NCBI GenBank assembly: GCA_934149405.1
Contig: CAKPEV010000001.1
Span: forward strand, 552-64,551
Direction of reading: 5' to 3'
Source of the DNA: an uncultured Clostridia bacterium
GTDB lineage: Bacteria; Bacillota; Clostridia; TANB77; UBA1234
DNA: 64,000 nt
Part shown: positions 46,971-57,550 of the stretch, piece after piece
Numbering within the stretch: position 1 is the first letter of the stretch
Layout of the letters: each line of letters begins with the position of its first letter
The notes under the pieces: generated by a model
Told to the model about the DNA's origin: nothing
The model's input: only the letters and a program-made list of their open reading frames with translations
Databases searched by the model: none
Translations under genes and position numbers: made by a program

Positions 46971-48713
46971 TTACGATAGTTTTATATGCACTTCTCTTAA
47001 TTGTTTTTGTGTTACTTCTCCTGGTGCTCTCATCAATAAATCTTCTGCATTTGCTGTCATAGGGAATGCTATTACCTCTCTTATGCACTCTTCACCTAGT
47101 AAAAGCATTACTATTCTATCAACTCCTGGTGCCATTCCAGCATGAGGTGGTGCACCAAATTTGAAGGCTTCATATAAAGCTCCAAATTTCGTTTGTAATT
47201 CCTCTTTTGTATATCCAGCTATCTCAAATGCCTTTTCCATTACATCGATTCTGTGATTTCTTACAGCTCCCGATGAAAGCTCAACTCCATTACATACGAT
47301 ATCATATTGATATGCCTTAATCTCCAAAGGATCTTTGTTTTGTAAATCATCAATTCCACCTTGTGGCATTGAAAATGGATTGTGCATAAAATCTATTTTG
47401 CCTTCATCATTTCTTTCATACATTGGAAAGTCTGTAATAAAGCACAATTCAAATTTGCTATTATCTATCAAATCCATTCTTTTTCCGAGTTCTGTCCTAA
47501 TTTCGCCAGCCAATTTGTCTACAAATTTTGGTGCATCACTTATGAAAAATAAAACGTCGCCTTGTTTCAAAGAAAGTAATTTCTTTATTTCTTCAGATTG
47601 CTCATCAGTAAAATACTTGGCAATCGGACCTTTGTACGTCATATCCTCTTCTACTTCTATATATCCAAGACCTTTCATACCGATTCCAAGAGCATATTCT
47701 AACATTTTTTCAAAAAATGATTTTGACATCTTTGTACAATCTGGCACAACAATACCTCTTACAGGTTTTCCTTTAAATGGTTTAAATTCGACTGTTTCAA
47801 AGAATTTTGTCAAATCCTCTATCACAAGTGGATTTCTTAAATCTGGTTTATCTGTTCCGTACTTTTTCATAGCCTCTTCGTATGGAATTCTTCTAAATGG
47901 TTTTTCAGAAACTTTTTTATCACTAAATTTAGAAAATATATCATATAATACCTCTTCAGCCGTATCAAAAACATCTTCTTGAGTGGCAAATGCCATTTCA
48001 AAATCCAATTGATAAAACTCTCCAGGAGAACGGTCTGATCTTGCATCCTCATCTCTAAAACAAGGTGCTATTTGAAAGTACTTATCAATTCCCGATGTCA
48101 TAAGCAATTGTTTAAATTGTTGCGGTGCTTGTGGCAAAGCATAAAACTTTCCTTTATGCTTTCTTGATGGAATTATATAATCTCTTGCACCTTCAGGCGA
48201 AGATGAAGTTAAGATAGGTGTTGTTATCTCTGTAAAGCCCATATCTTCCATCTTTCTTCTCATATAACTTACTACTTTTGATCTAAATAATATCTTGTCT
48301 TGAACTTTTTTGTTTCTTAAATCTAAAAAACGATATTTAAGTCTGACATCTTCTTTTGTCTTTAATGATTCTGCAACCTCAAATGGCAATGCACTTTGGC
48401 ATTCTCCAAGTATTTCTAATTTGTCAGCTAAAACCTCAACTTCGCCTGTTGAAATTTTTAAATTTATTGTGTCTTCGTCCCTTTCTATAACTTTTCCCAT
48501 TACTGATATAACAGTTTCTCTGTGAACATTTTTCAACATAGTTTCATCATGTATAACAATTTGAGAGACGCCATATTGATCTCTCAAATCTATAAACATG
48601 ACGCCACCATGGTCTCTAATGTTTTCAACCCAACCTGCTAATTTTAAAACTTTGCCAATATCACTTTTGCTAATTTGACCGCATGTGCAATCTCTGTAAA
48701 TGTTTCCTTTCAT
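46971..48713 (-). CDS. aspS: Aspartate--tRNA ligase
   Basis: Class II aaRS motifs. N-terminal OB anticodon-binding domain. 580 aa. Confidence 0.95.
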   Translation of the reverse strand: MKGNIYRDCTCGQISKSDIGKVLKLAGWVENIRDHGGVMFIDLRDQYGVSQIVIHDETMLKNVHRETVISVMGKVIERDEDTINLKISTGEVEVLADKLEILGECQSALPFEVAESLKTKEDVRLKYRFLDLRNKKVQDKILFRSKVVSYMRRKMEDMGFTEITTPILTSSSPEGARDYIIPSRKHKGKFYALPQAPQQFKQLLMTSGIDKYFQIAPCFRDEDARSDRSPGEFYQLDFEMAFATQEDVFDTAEEVLYDIFSKFSDKKVSEKPFRRIPYEEAMKKYGTDKPDLRNPLVIEDLTKFFETVEFKPFKGKPVRGIVVPDCTKMSKSFFEKMLEYALGIGMKGLGYIEVEEDMTYKGPIAKYFTDEQSEEIKKLLSLKQGDVLFFISDAPKFVDKLAGEIRTELGKRMDLIDNSKFELCFITDFPMYERNDEGKIDFMHNPFSMPQGGIDDLQNKDPLEIKAYQYDIVCNGVELSSGAVRNHRIDVMEKAFEIAGYTKEELQTKFGALYEAFKFGAPPHAGMAPGVDRIVMLLLGEECIREVIAFPMTANAEDLLMRAPGEVTQKQLREVHIKLS

Positions 48714-48739
48714 TTTTTATACCTCCAAATTAAGTTATT

Positions 48740-49118
48740 TCAAGGACGAAAAATCCCTAGCATGCAAACTTTATGCATACTAGGGACGATTTTTCCGTGG
48801 TACCACCCTGATTTAATATTCCAAAATATAAGGTTTAATACTACAAAAAACCTAGCATTGTAACAATGCTAGGGACGAATTTTTTCGCGGTACCACCCAA
48901 TTTCAATATCATGGATATCCTTAAGTAGCCTTTAACGCCAGCTATGCGAACTTGCTTTGCACAAGCCTACTCGAAAGGTGTTCTTTCATCAGTTTCGTTT
49001 ATGAAAACTCTCAGCTACGGTTAATTTTCACTCTCTTTAAACTACCTCTAATTACTTTTCCTTCGTCAACGCATTTTCAATGTGTTTCAATTTTAACATT
49101 TTATATAGTATATGTCAA
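48740..49118 (-). promoter_or_regulatory. T-box riboswitch leader of aspS. It carries its own TTGACA-17-TAAAAT promoter, Stem I with an AGAGAG box and a putative GAU specifier. It ends in two tandem antiterminator/terminator modules.
   Basis: Minus-sense T-box sequences TTGGGTGGTACCGCG (48886-48898) and AGGGTGGTACCACGG (48795-48809). Each is followed by a hairpin plus U-run (CCTAGCATTGTTACAATGCTAGG-TTTTTT and CCCTAGTATGCATAAAGTTTGCATGCTAGGG-ATTTTT). Confidence 0.75.
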
Positions 49119-49205
49119 ACAAAATTTTATTCTTTCAAAACATAGCCATGGTTAATACTTAAATTTGTTGTCAGCCTTACCATTCTAATTCTAGTAAACA
49201 GCTAA

Positions 49206-49667
49206 CTACTTTAATCTATTTTTTATCATTCTCCACGCTGTGCCCAAATCTGAAAATAGAAAATCACTCCAATCAAATCTTTTTACTACTGTGAGAGATT
49301 TGCAAGTGTTGTTTTCCGGTATAGGAATAACAACTGTCTCCATTAAATTTTCTGAAATCAAATCAGAGATTTTATATATCTTCAACTTTTCAGGTTCAAG
49401 TTGTGTAACTGTTTTTACATCTTTTTCTACTGGTATTTTATTTGAAAAAGCCATACCCTTTATGGCATCTTCAATATCAACACTCTTATTTAGATACAAA
49501 TCTTTTTGAGGTGCAGTAGTCATTTTAAATACTTTATCATTTCCTTCTTTTTCAAAGGCATCTGATGAATAATATTTTGTTGCATCAAAAAACTTTTTAT
49601 TATCTAATTGATTATTTAATTCTTTTGCTAAGTTTTGGCGTATTTCTTCCGTCCACACGAAAATCAC
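49206..49667 (-). CDS. Hypothetical protein (153 aa)
   Basis: ORF only. Confidence 0.35.
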   Translation of the reverse strand: MIFVWTEEIRQNLAKELNNQLDNKKFFDATKYYSSDAFEKEGNDKVFKMTTAPQKDLYLNKSVDIEDAIKGMAFSNKIPVEKDVKTVTQLEPEKLKIYKISDLISENLMETVVIPIPENNTCKSLTVVKRFDWSDFLFSDLGTAWRMIKNRLK

Positions 49668-49801
49668 CCCTTTTAATCTTTTGTACCAATATTATTCTAT
49701 CCTTTTTAGGATGTTTTTTCAATTACATTTTCTTTACAGTTACATTACAAAGATGTTACAAATATATTTTTACATGTTTTATAATACTGCCATTGTTGCT
49801 A

Positions 49802-49997
49802 CCCTCAAGTAGTGCTTGACTATTTGGCAATTTACATGAAATTAGAAATATTTAAAGAAGCAATGATAAATATTCCGTTAAAACTTTCCGTATGTCCTAA
49901 GGAGCTGTTTAGGAAAGTTAAGGAATATATCATTGCTTCTTTTAAGATTTCTTTAAAATGTAACTCTTGCCGAATAATCAAACACTACTTGAGGGGG
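49802..49997. repeat. Nested imperfect palindrome (about 195 bp) with three concentric inverted-repeat tiers
   Basis: Outer tier CCCTCAAGTAGTGCTTGA / TCAAACACTACTTGAGGG. Middle tier AAAGAAGCAATGATAAATATTCC / GGAATATATCATTGCTTCTTT. Inner tier AAACTTTCC...GGAAAGTTA. Confidence 0.75.
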
Positions 49998-50017
49998 CAT
50001 TTACTATTCTTCATTTA

Positions 50018-52444
50018 TTAGACTATTTTCACTTCTCCATCTTGATAAGTTAATTTTACTTTGTCTCCATCTTTAATTTTTCCATCTAAGATTTCTTCTG
50101 CCAATTTATCTTCAACAAGATTTTGAATTGCCCTTCTTAAAGGTCTTGCACCATATGTTACGTCAAAGCCTTTCTTTGCAATATACTTCTTAAGCTCATC
50201 TGTAACAGAAACTTCGATATCTCTATCCTCAAGTCTCTTTGTAGATGCAGTAAGCATAAGATCAACAATCTTCTCAATTTCTTTTTCATCTAATGGTTTA
50301 AATACTATAATCTCATCTATTCTGTTTAAAAATTCTGGTCTGAATTCTTTCTTTAATTCTGACATTACATTTTCTTTAATTTGATCATAGTTTTTCTTCT
50401 TGCTCTCTTCGCCATTAAATCCAATTGTCTTATTCTCAACAATACTTCTTGCGCCTATATTTGATGTCATTATAATTACTGTATTTTTGAAATCTACTGT
50501 TCTTCCTTGAGAATCTGTAAGTCTACCATCTTCCAAGATTTGAAGTAATATGTTGAATACATCTGGATGCGCTTTTTCAATCTCATCGAATAGAATTACA
50601 CTATAAGGTTTTCTTCTAACCTTTTCAGTTAATTGTCCACCTTCTTCGTATCCAACATATCCTGGAGGTGCACCTATTAGTTTAGCAACCGTGTGTTTCT
50701 CCATATACTCAGACATATCAACTCTTATCATTGCATTTTCGTTTCCAAATAAGCATTCTGCAAGTGCTTTACAAGTCTCAGTTTTACCAACACCTGTAGG
50801 TCCTAAGAAGATAAATGAACCAATTGGTCTCTTTGGATCTTTTAGACCAACTCTTCCTCTTCTTATAGCCTTTGCAACTGCAACAATTGCTTCATCTTGG
50901 CCAATTACTCTCTTATGAAGTTCAGCCTCCAAATTCTTTAATTTATCGGCTTCGGCCTCTGTTAATTTTACAACAGGAACTCCAGTCCAGTTTGAAACAA
51001 TTCCTGCTATATCTTCTTCTGTTACTTTTGTTTCTTTGATTTGGTTCTTTTGCTCCCATTCTAGTTTAACTTTTTCTAATTTTTCTTTTTCTTTTTGCTC
51101 TTTATCTCTTAATTTTGCTGCTTTCTCGAAATCTTGAACGTTTATTGCATCTTCTTTTTCTTTTACAATTTCGCCTATTTTTTCTTCAATCTTTTTAACT
51201 TCTTTTGGAGCAGTTAATGAAGCTAGTTTTACTTTTGATGCCGCTTCATCCATTAAGTCGATTGCTTTATCAGGCAAATATCTATCATTTATATATCTTG
51301 AAGAAAGCTCTACTGCTGCCTTAATAGCCTCATCAGTTATTTTTACTTTGTGATGTGCTTCATATTTATCTCTAATACCTTTCAAAATTTCTACTGTCTC
51401 TTCTTGAGTTGGCTCGCCAACTGTAACTGGTTGAAATCTTCTTTCAAGAGCAGCATCTTTTTCTATATACTTTCTATATTCGTTTAAAGTTGTTGCACCA
51501 ATTACTTGTATTTCAGCCCTTGCTAATAGTGGTTTTAAAATATTAGCCGCATCTATTGCACCTTCTGCAGCACCTGCACCAACAATTGTATGAATCTCAT
51601 CTATGAACAATATAACATTTCCACTCTTTTTAATTTCAGCAAGACATTTCTTAAGTCTGTCTTCGAAATCACCTCTGTATTTTGCACCTGCTACCATTGA
51701 AGAAACATCAAGTGAAACCACTCTTTTATCCTTTAGATTTTCAGGAACTTCACCACTTACAATCTTTTCTGCTAAAGCCTCGACAACAGCTGTTTTACCA
51801 ACACCTGGTTCACCTATTAAGCATGGATTGTTTTTAGTTCTTCTGCTAAGTATTTGAATAATTCTTTCGATTTCATTTTCTCTGCCTATGATTGGGTCAA
51901 GTTTTCCTTCGATTGCCTCATTAGTCAAATCTTTACCGAATTGATTTAATGTTGGTGTTTGATTATAACTTTGTTTGCTTTTAGCATTTGGATTTGGATT
52001 GCCTGCATTTTCTTCTGTTAATGTTTTTAAAAGTTCTGAAAACATTTTTTGAATGTCTACACCTAAATCCATTATAATCCTTGCTGCAACACTATCTCCC
52101 TCTTTCATTATACCAAGCAAAATATGTTCTGTACCTATATAATTATTGTTTAATCTTTTCGCTTCCATAAAGCTTATTTCAAAAACTCTTTTTGTTCTTG
52201 GTGTGAATCCTTCTGGAAGTTCCTCTAGTGGTTCTCCTCTTCCTATTAATTCTTCTATCATCTCTATTATTTTATCTTCTGTCACGCCTTGATTTGTAAG
52301 CACTTTATATGCAAGTCCACTGCCTTCTCTAACAAGTCCACATAGTAAATGTTCTGTGCCTACATAATTATGTCCTAACTCTGCCGCAATTTCTTGTGCC
52401 ATTTCTATTGCTTTTTCGGCTCTATTTGTGAATTTGTATACCAT
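50018..52444 (-). CDS. clpC: ATP-dependent Clp protease ATP-binding subunit ClpC (double AAA+ ATPase with N-terminal Clp repeats)
   Basis: Two Walker A sites ([16 protein letters not shown]), UVR-like linker. ctsR-mcsAB context. Confidence 0.95.
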   Translation of the reverse strand: MVYKFTNRAEKAIEMAQEIAAELGHNYVGTEHLLCGLVREGSGLAYKVLTNQGVTEDKIIEMIEELIGRGEPLEELPEGFTPRTKRVFEISFMEAKRLNNNYIGTEHILLGIMKEGDSVAARIIMDLGVDIQKMFSELLKTLTEENAGNPNPNAKSKQSYNQTPTLNQFGKDLTNEAIEGKLDPIIGRENEIERIIQILSRRTKNNPCLIGEPGVGKTAVVEALAEKIVSGEVPENLKDKRVVSLDVSSMVAGAKYRGDFEDRLKKCLAEIKKSGNVILFIDEIHTIVGAGAAEGAIDAANILKPLLARAEIQVIGATTLNEYRKYIEKDAALERRFQPVTVGEPTQEETVEILKGIRDKYEAHHKVKITDEAIKAAVELSSRYINDRYLPDKAIDLMDEAASKVKLASLTAPKEVKKIEEKIGEIVKEKEDAINVQDFEKAAKLRDKEQKEKEKLEKVKLEWEQKNQIKETKVTEEDIAGIVSNWTGVPVVKLTEAEADKLKNLEAELHKRVIGQDEAIVAVAKAIRRGRVGLKDPKRPIGSFIFLGPTGVGKTETCKALAECLFGNENAMIRVDMSEYMEKHTVAKLIGAPPGYVGYEEGGQLTEKVRRKPYSVILFDEIEKAHPDVFNILLQILEDGRLTDSQGRTVDFKNTVIIMTSNIGARSIVENKTIGFNGEESKKKNYDQIKENVMSELKKEFRPEFLNRIDEIIVFKPLDEKEIEKIVDLMLTASTKRLEDRDIEVSVTDELKKYIAKKGFDVTYGARPLRRAIQNLVEDKLAEEILDGKIKDGDKVKLTYQDGEVKIV

Positions 52445-52462
52445 ATTTATTCCTCCTTACTT

Positions 52463-53467
52463 TTATTTACTCTCTATTATCTGTTTTATTACTTTTGCTC
52501 TTTCTATATCTCTTTCTTCAGCACTTAGCTCTTTCTTCAAGTATTTTTGAAGCGTAGCTGGTTTAGTTAGAATACTTATTTTATTTAATTTTTTATTATC
52601 AATCTCCGTTATTATTCCCATACTTATGCCCAATCTAACAATCGATATAATTTTTGCACATTCAGAATATGTCATTTTTCTTGCATATACCAAATTTCCA
52701 TAAGTTCTACTAATTTTATCTTCGAATGTTTCGCCTTGATTTTTCAAATATTCTCGAGCTTTTCTCTCTTGTTCAATTAGCTTTTGAACAATCAATTTGA
52801 CATTCTCAACAATTTCTTCTTCAGTCACTCCCAAACTTATCTTATTAGAAACTTGATACAAATCGCCAATCGCTTCTGTTCCTTCGCCGTATACACCTCT
52901 TACATTCAAGTTAACTTTATTTACAACTTCAAGTACTTTTTCAATCTTTCCTATAAGTCTAAGTGCAGGTAAATGCAACATAACTGACGCTCTAAGCCCT
53001 GTTCCTAAATTTGTTGGACAAGCCGTCAAAAATCCATATTTATCATTATAGGCATAATTAATCTTAGAAGATATTTTTTCATCGACTTTTATCGCATCGC
53101 TCAATGCCTCATCTAAATTAAAACCAGGTTTCATAACTTGTATTCTAAAATGATCTTCTTCATTAATCATGATAGAAATGTCTTCAGTATCATTTAGCAA
53201 AATACCTGTTTCTTTCATTTCTAACAAATCTCTACTTATCACACGCTTTTCGACCAAACTATTTTTCATAAGTTCATCCAAGTCAGATAAATTTATAAAA
53301 CGCAAATCACTATCTATGTTAGAATTTTTTATAGTCATCAAAACATCTTTTAATTCTTCATCTGAAGCAGTGCTAACGAACTTTTTGCCAGCAATATTTC
53401 TCGCTATTCTAACTCTACTACTAACTACAACATCGCTATCTTTACCATCTTCTAAGTACCAACTCAC
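52463..53467 (-). CDS. mcsB: Protein arginine kinase McsB
   Basis: ATP:guanido phosphotransferase motif CPTNLGTGLRASVMLHLP. Confidence 0.9.
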   Translation of the reverse strand: MSWYLEDGKDSDVVVSSRVRIARNIAGKKFVSTASDEELKDVLMTIKNSNIDSDLRFINLSDLDELMKNSLVEKRVISRDLLEMKETGILLNDTEDISIMINEEDHFRIQVMKPGFNLDEALSDAIKVDEKISSKINYAYNDKYGFLTACPTNLGTGLRASVMLHLPALRLIGKIEKVLEVVNKVNLNVRGVYGEGTEAIGDLYQVSNKISLGVTEEEIVENVKLIVQKLIEQERKAREYLKNQGETFEDKISRTYGNLVYARKMTYSECAKIISIVRLGISMGIITEIDNKKLNKISILTKPATLQKYLKKELSAEERDIERAKVIKQIIESK

Positions 53468-53470
53468 CTA

Positions 53471-54016
53471 TTACTCACCTCTTTCTACATCTTTTGATTT
53501 CGATTCTATTTTTTTTATTTTATCTCTTATAACAGCTGCCTTCTCGTATTCTTCTTTTTCAATACAAGTTTTTAACTCATCTTGCAATTTTTCAAGTTCT
53601 GTCTTCTCTTTTTTACTCTTTGAATTTACCACGTTTGCAGGTTTGTTTATATTATTTAATCTTCTACCAACATGTCTATTGGCACCTTGTAATCTTGGCA
53701 AAACATTATCAATCCTATCCGAGAAAACATTGTAACAATTGTCACATCCAAACATTCCTGTATTAGCGAATTCATCGTAAGTTGTTCCACATTTATCACA
53801 AGCAATAGGCTCCGCTTGTGTTAATGTTTTCACTAAACTTGGTTCGTTGAAAAATGCACCCAAAACATCATTAAAATTAAAATCGAAATTCATATTCATT
53901 CCAATATTCATTTCATTTGCACATTTGTCACATAGAACAACATGCATCTTCTTTCCGTTTATAATTTCTGTATAACTAACGTTAGCCTCATTCATTCCAC
54001 AATTTTGACATTTCAT
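53471..54016 (-). CDS. mcsA: McsA (zinc-finger plus UVR motif activator of McsB)
   Basis: CQNCG...CDKCA zinc fingers and C-terminal UVR-like helix. Confidence 0.85.
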   Translation of the reverse strand: MKCQNCGMNEANVSYTEIINGKKMHVVLCDKCANEMNIGMNMNFDFNFNDVLGAFFNEPSLVKTLTQAEPIACDKCGTTYDEFANTGMFGCDNCYNVFSDRIDNVLPRLQGANRHVGRRLNNINKPANVVNSKSKKEKTELEKLQDELKTCIEKEEYEKAAVIRDKIKKIESKSKDVERGE

Positions 54017-54072
54017 AAAAATCACTCCAATCCCATAAATAACAATCTATTATTTTCTAAACTAAAGCATAC

Positions 54073-54519
54073 TTACACTAAATTAATAAGCATATTTTTT
54101 AAGATTCTCGTTCTAACATCATCTTTATATTCAACCGGCAATCCAAGAACTTTATCGTTAGTCGCAATCTTAATAAGTTTTGCCATATCCTCATTTATCA
54201 CATTATAATCCAACATGTTCTTTATAATTATGCCCGCCTCTTGCTGTGTTAAACTTCCATGTATAGAATTAATTATATGCGTGATGTAATCATTTTTTGT
54301 CATATCTACTCTTCTAATTTTTATATTACCGCCTCCGCCTTTTCGGCTTTCTACATAATAGCCTTTTTCAGGATTAAATCTAGTAGATATAACATAATTT
54401 ATTTGCGATGGCACACAGTTAAAGTATTCAGCTAGCTCATTTCTGCCAAACTCAAAAAAATCATCATTATCATCCATCATCTTCTTAATATATGCTTCAA
54501 TTACTTCTGAAAGCCTCAT
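54073..54519 (-). CDS. ctsR: Transcriptional repressor CtsR
   Basis: Conserved CtsR N-terminal HTH and glycine-rich loop (RKGGGGNIKI). Confidence 0.9.
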   Translation of the reverse strand: MRLSEVIEAYIKKMMDDNDDFFEFGRNELAEYFNCVPSQINYVISTRFNPEKGYYVESRKGGGGNIKIRRVDMTKNDYITHIINSIHGSLTQQEAGIIIKNMLDYNVINEDMAKLIKIATNDKVLGLPVEYKDDVRTRILKNMLINLV

Positions 54520-54561
54520 TGGTCTCGCCTCCTTTTTATTTTTTCATCGCCTTATGTTTTA

Positions 54562-54580
54562 CTTTGACTTTCTTTGACTT
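54562..54580 (-). promoter_or_regulatory. CtsR operator. Minus-sense AAAGTCAAAGAAAGTCAAA is a tandem heptad matching the (A/G)GTCAAA-NAN-(A/G)GTCAAA consensus.
   Basis: Read directly on the plus strand as TTTGACTTTCTTTGACTTT, 45 nt upstream of the ctsR start. Confidence 0.7.
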
Positions 54581-54817
54581 TCAATTTATTATTTTATACG
54601 TTTAAAAACAAATGTCAATAGTTTTTTAAAAATTTTTTAAATTCTTTCTATATTTCTTTATTTTTTGCCCATATTTCGGCATTTTAACGACAATTTTTTT
54701 GCTGTTACAAAAGCAATATGATAATTATCCCCTAATATCACTGAAGATTTACTCTTAAATTAATAAAGAGCTATTTGCAACACTTCAAATAGCCCTTGAC
54801 TCATTATATTTATTTTA

Positions 54818-57436
54818 TTAATGCGCCTCATACCATGTCTTGCCTATTCCGGCTTCTGCTTTTAGTGGCACTTTCATTTTTATTACATTTTGCATGTTTC
54901 TAACCAATAATTCTTTTGATATTTCAATTTCGTCCTCTGGTGCTTCAATTACAAGTTCGTCATGGACTTGTAATATCAGTTTTGATTTTAGTTTTCTCTC
55001 TTCTAATTCTTTTTCGATGTTTACCATTGCTATTTTTATTATATCTGCTGCTGTTCCTTGAATAGGAGCATTCATCGCTACTCTTTCTCCAAATTGTCTA
55101 ACATTATAATTATTAGATTTTATTTCTGGCACATACCTTCTTCTGCCCCACAATGTTTCAACATATCCTTTTTCTTTGCAATGTTCTACAGCATTATCCA
55201 TGTATTCTTTTATTTTAGGATATTTTTCAAAATATTTTTCTATATATTCTTTTGCTTTTTTTCTACCTATTCCTATATTTGTAGCCAAACCAAAATCACT
55301 TATTCCATAGACAATTCCAAAGTTTACAGCTTTTGCTTCGCTTCTCATTTGCTTTGTAACTTCTTCTAGTGGCACATTGAATACTTGTGAAGCAGTCATT
55401 GCATGTACATCAACATCATCGTTAAAAGCTTTTATCATTGTTTCGTCACCTGACATATGTGCTAGCACTCTAAGTTCAACTTGTGAGTAATCCGCATCAA
55501 TTAACATACAGCCCTCTTTTGCTACAAATATTTTTCTAAGCTCTCTTCCTATTTCTGTTCTTATTGGTATGTTTTGAAGATTAGGATCTGTGCAACTTAT
55601 TCTACCTGTCGCTGTAACAGTTTGATTAAATTTTGCATGTATTCTTTGTGTTTTTTCATTTATAAGTGGCAACATTCCATCAACATATGTTGCCTTCAAC
55701 TTGCTAAGTGTTCTATACTCTAATATTTTATCTATTACTGGATGTTCTTCTTTTAATTTTTCTAGCACATCTCCATCGGTTGAATATCCTGTTTTTGTTT
55801 TCTTTATTATTGGTAAATTCAATTTTTCAAATAGCACCTCTCCAAGTTGCTTTGGCGAATTTATATTAAATTCTATTCCTGCCGTTTGATATATGTCTTT
55901 TGTAAGCTCATCAACCTTTTGATTTAACGATACAGAATACTCTTTAAGCATTTCTTTATCCACATATACACCAATGTATTCCATCTCTGCAAGCACTTTT
56001 ACAAGTGGCATTTCAACTTCACTAAACAATTTTAATTGCTCTTTTTCTTTTAGCTCTTCTTCGTATTTTTCTTTACACTTGTATATATATCTAGCATATT
56101 TAGCAAGCTCTTCTTTATTATCTTTTACCTCATCGCCAAAACCTTCAAACGATATTTGCTCATTTGATGTTTTATTTTCTACGATAATATTTAATTCTTC
56201 CATTATGATATCATCTAGCTTATATGTTGATTTAGATGGATTCATTATATATGCCGCAATTTCCAAATCAAACATCAAATTATTTGGAATAATGTCCATT
56301 TGCTTAAGTTTTAAATACATTTCTTTTTCTTTAAAGCCTATTTTTAAAACATCACTTGCAAATATTTTTTCTAAATCTTCTTTTGAAGGATTCTTTTTAT
56401 AATAAGCTTTTTCATTTGCATATACTGCTAAACCATCGACATAATAATATGCCAACTCTTTTATTTCTTTCAATTCTAACTTTTCTAAATCTTCTATTTC
56501 TATTTTAGAATCATCAAATATTGAAACTACTCTATTTTCATTTGCTTTCAAATTCATGCTTTCTATAAATTTCTTTAATTGAAGCTTTGCAAAAAGATTA
56601 TAAAGTTCATCATTGTTAGGCTCTACTCTTTTAATATCTTCAATAGTTATTGCAAGTGGGACCTCTTTATAAATTGTGCCAAGCTCTCTTGAAAGATATG
56701 CTAAATCTTTGTTTTCAACTAATTTTTCTTTAAGCTTGCCTTTTATTCCTTCTAGCTCTTCACCACTATCGAGTGCATTATAAATTGTATCTAGGTTTTT
56801 GTATTTTGTTATTAGTGAAAATGCTGTTTTCTCGCCCACTCCTGGAACTCCTGGGATATTATCTGATGTATCTCCCATAAGACCTTTTATTTCAATAAAT
56901 TGCATTGGTTCTATTCCAAACTTTTCATAAATAACTTCTGGGGTATAATCAGCATAATCTGTTTTTCCCATTTTTGTTGTTGGAATTCTTACTGTAACTT
57001 TATTTGTTGCAAGTTGCAAATAATCTCTATCTCCTGTAAGAAGCAACACCTCCATACCATTTTCATCACCATACTTTGAAATCGTACCTAAAATGTCATC
57101 TGCTTCATAACCTTCTAATTCTAATATTTTAATATTCATTGCTTTTAAAATATCTTTAATTATTGGCATCTGTACTCTAAGTTCGTCCGGCATTCCTTTT
57201 CTTGTCGCCTTGTATTCTTCATACTTTTTATGTCTAAATGTAGGTGCTTTCATGTCAAAAGCAACACATATATAATCAGGATTTTCATCCTGCAATAATT
57301 TATTCAAAATTGATAAGAAACCATATATCGCATTTGTATAAATACCATCTGATGTCATAAGAAGCTTAGAATTCATAATTCCATAAAAAGCTCTATTCAT
57401 AATACTGTTTCCGTCAATTGCAACTAATTTACTCAT
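54818..57436 (-). CDS. polA: DNA polymerase I
   Basis: 5'-3' exonuclease, 3'-5' exo-like and Pol A-family palm motifs (DYSQIELR, QVHDEL). Confidence 0.95.
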   Translation of the reverse strand: MSKLVAIDGNSIMNRAFYGIMNSKLLMTSDGIYTNAIYGFLSILNKLLQDENPDYICVAFDMKAPTFRHKKYEEYKATRKGMPDELRVQMPIIKDILKAMNIKILELEGYEADDILGTISKYGDENGMEVLLLTGDRDYLQLATNKVTVRIPTTKMGKTDYADYTPEVIYEKFGIEPMQFIEIKGLMGDTSDNIPGVPGVGEKTAFSLITKYKNLDTIYNALDSGEELEGIKGKLKEKLVENKDLAYLSRELGTIYKEVPLAITIEDIKRVEPNNDELYNLFAKLQLKKFIESMNLKANENRVVSIFDDSKIEIEDLEKLELKEIKELAYYYVDGLAVYANEKAYYKKNPSKEDLEKIFASDVLKIGFKEKEMYLKLKQMDIIPNNLMFDLEIAAYIMNPSKSTYKLDDIIMEELNIIVENKTSNEQISFEGFGDEVKDNKEELAKYARYIYKCKEKYEEELKEKEQLKLFSEVEMPLVKVLAEMEYIGVYVDKEMLKEYSVSLNQKVDELTKDIYQTAGIEFNINSPKQLGEVLFEKLNLPIIKKTKTGYSTDGDVLEKLKEEHPVIDKILEYRTLSKLKATYVDGMLPLINEKTQRIHAKFNQTVTATGRISCTDPNLQNIPIRTEIGRELRKIFVAKEGCMLIDADYSQVELRVLAHMSGDETMIKAFNDDVDVHAMTASQVFNVPLEEVTKQMRSEAKAVNFGIVYGISDFGLATNIGIGRKKAKEYIEKYFEKYPKIKEYMDNAVEHCKEKGYVETLWGRRRYVPEIKSNNYNVRQFGERVAMNAPIQGTAADIIKIAMVNIEKELEERKLKSKLILQVHDELVIEAPEDEIEISKELLVRNMQNVIKMKVPLKAEAGIGKTWYEAH

Positions 57437-57550
57437 ACATTTTCTCCTTAAGATTTATTTCTATTTATTATTTTCTTTTTTAACATTTATAATTATACAT
57501 CATATAACATGCTATGGACAGTGAATTTGCAAAATGTTTTTGGTATAAAA

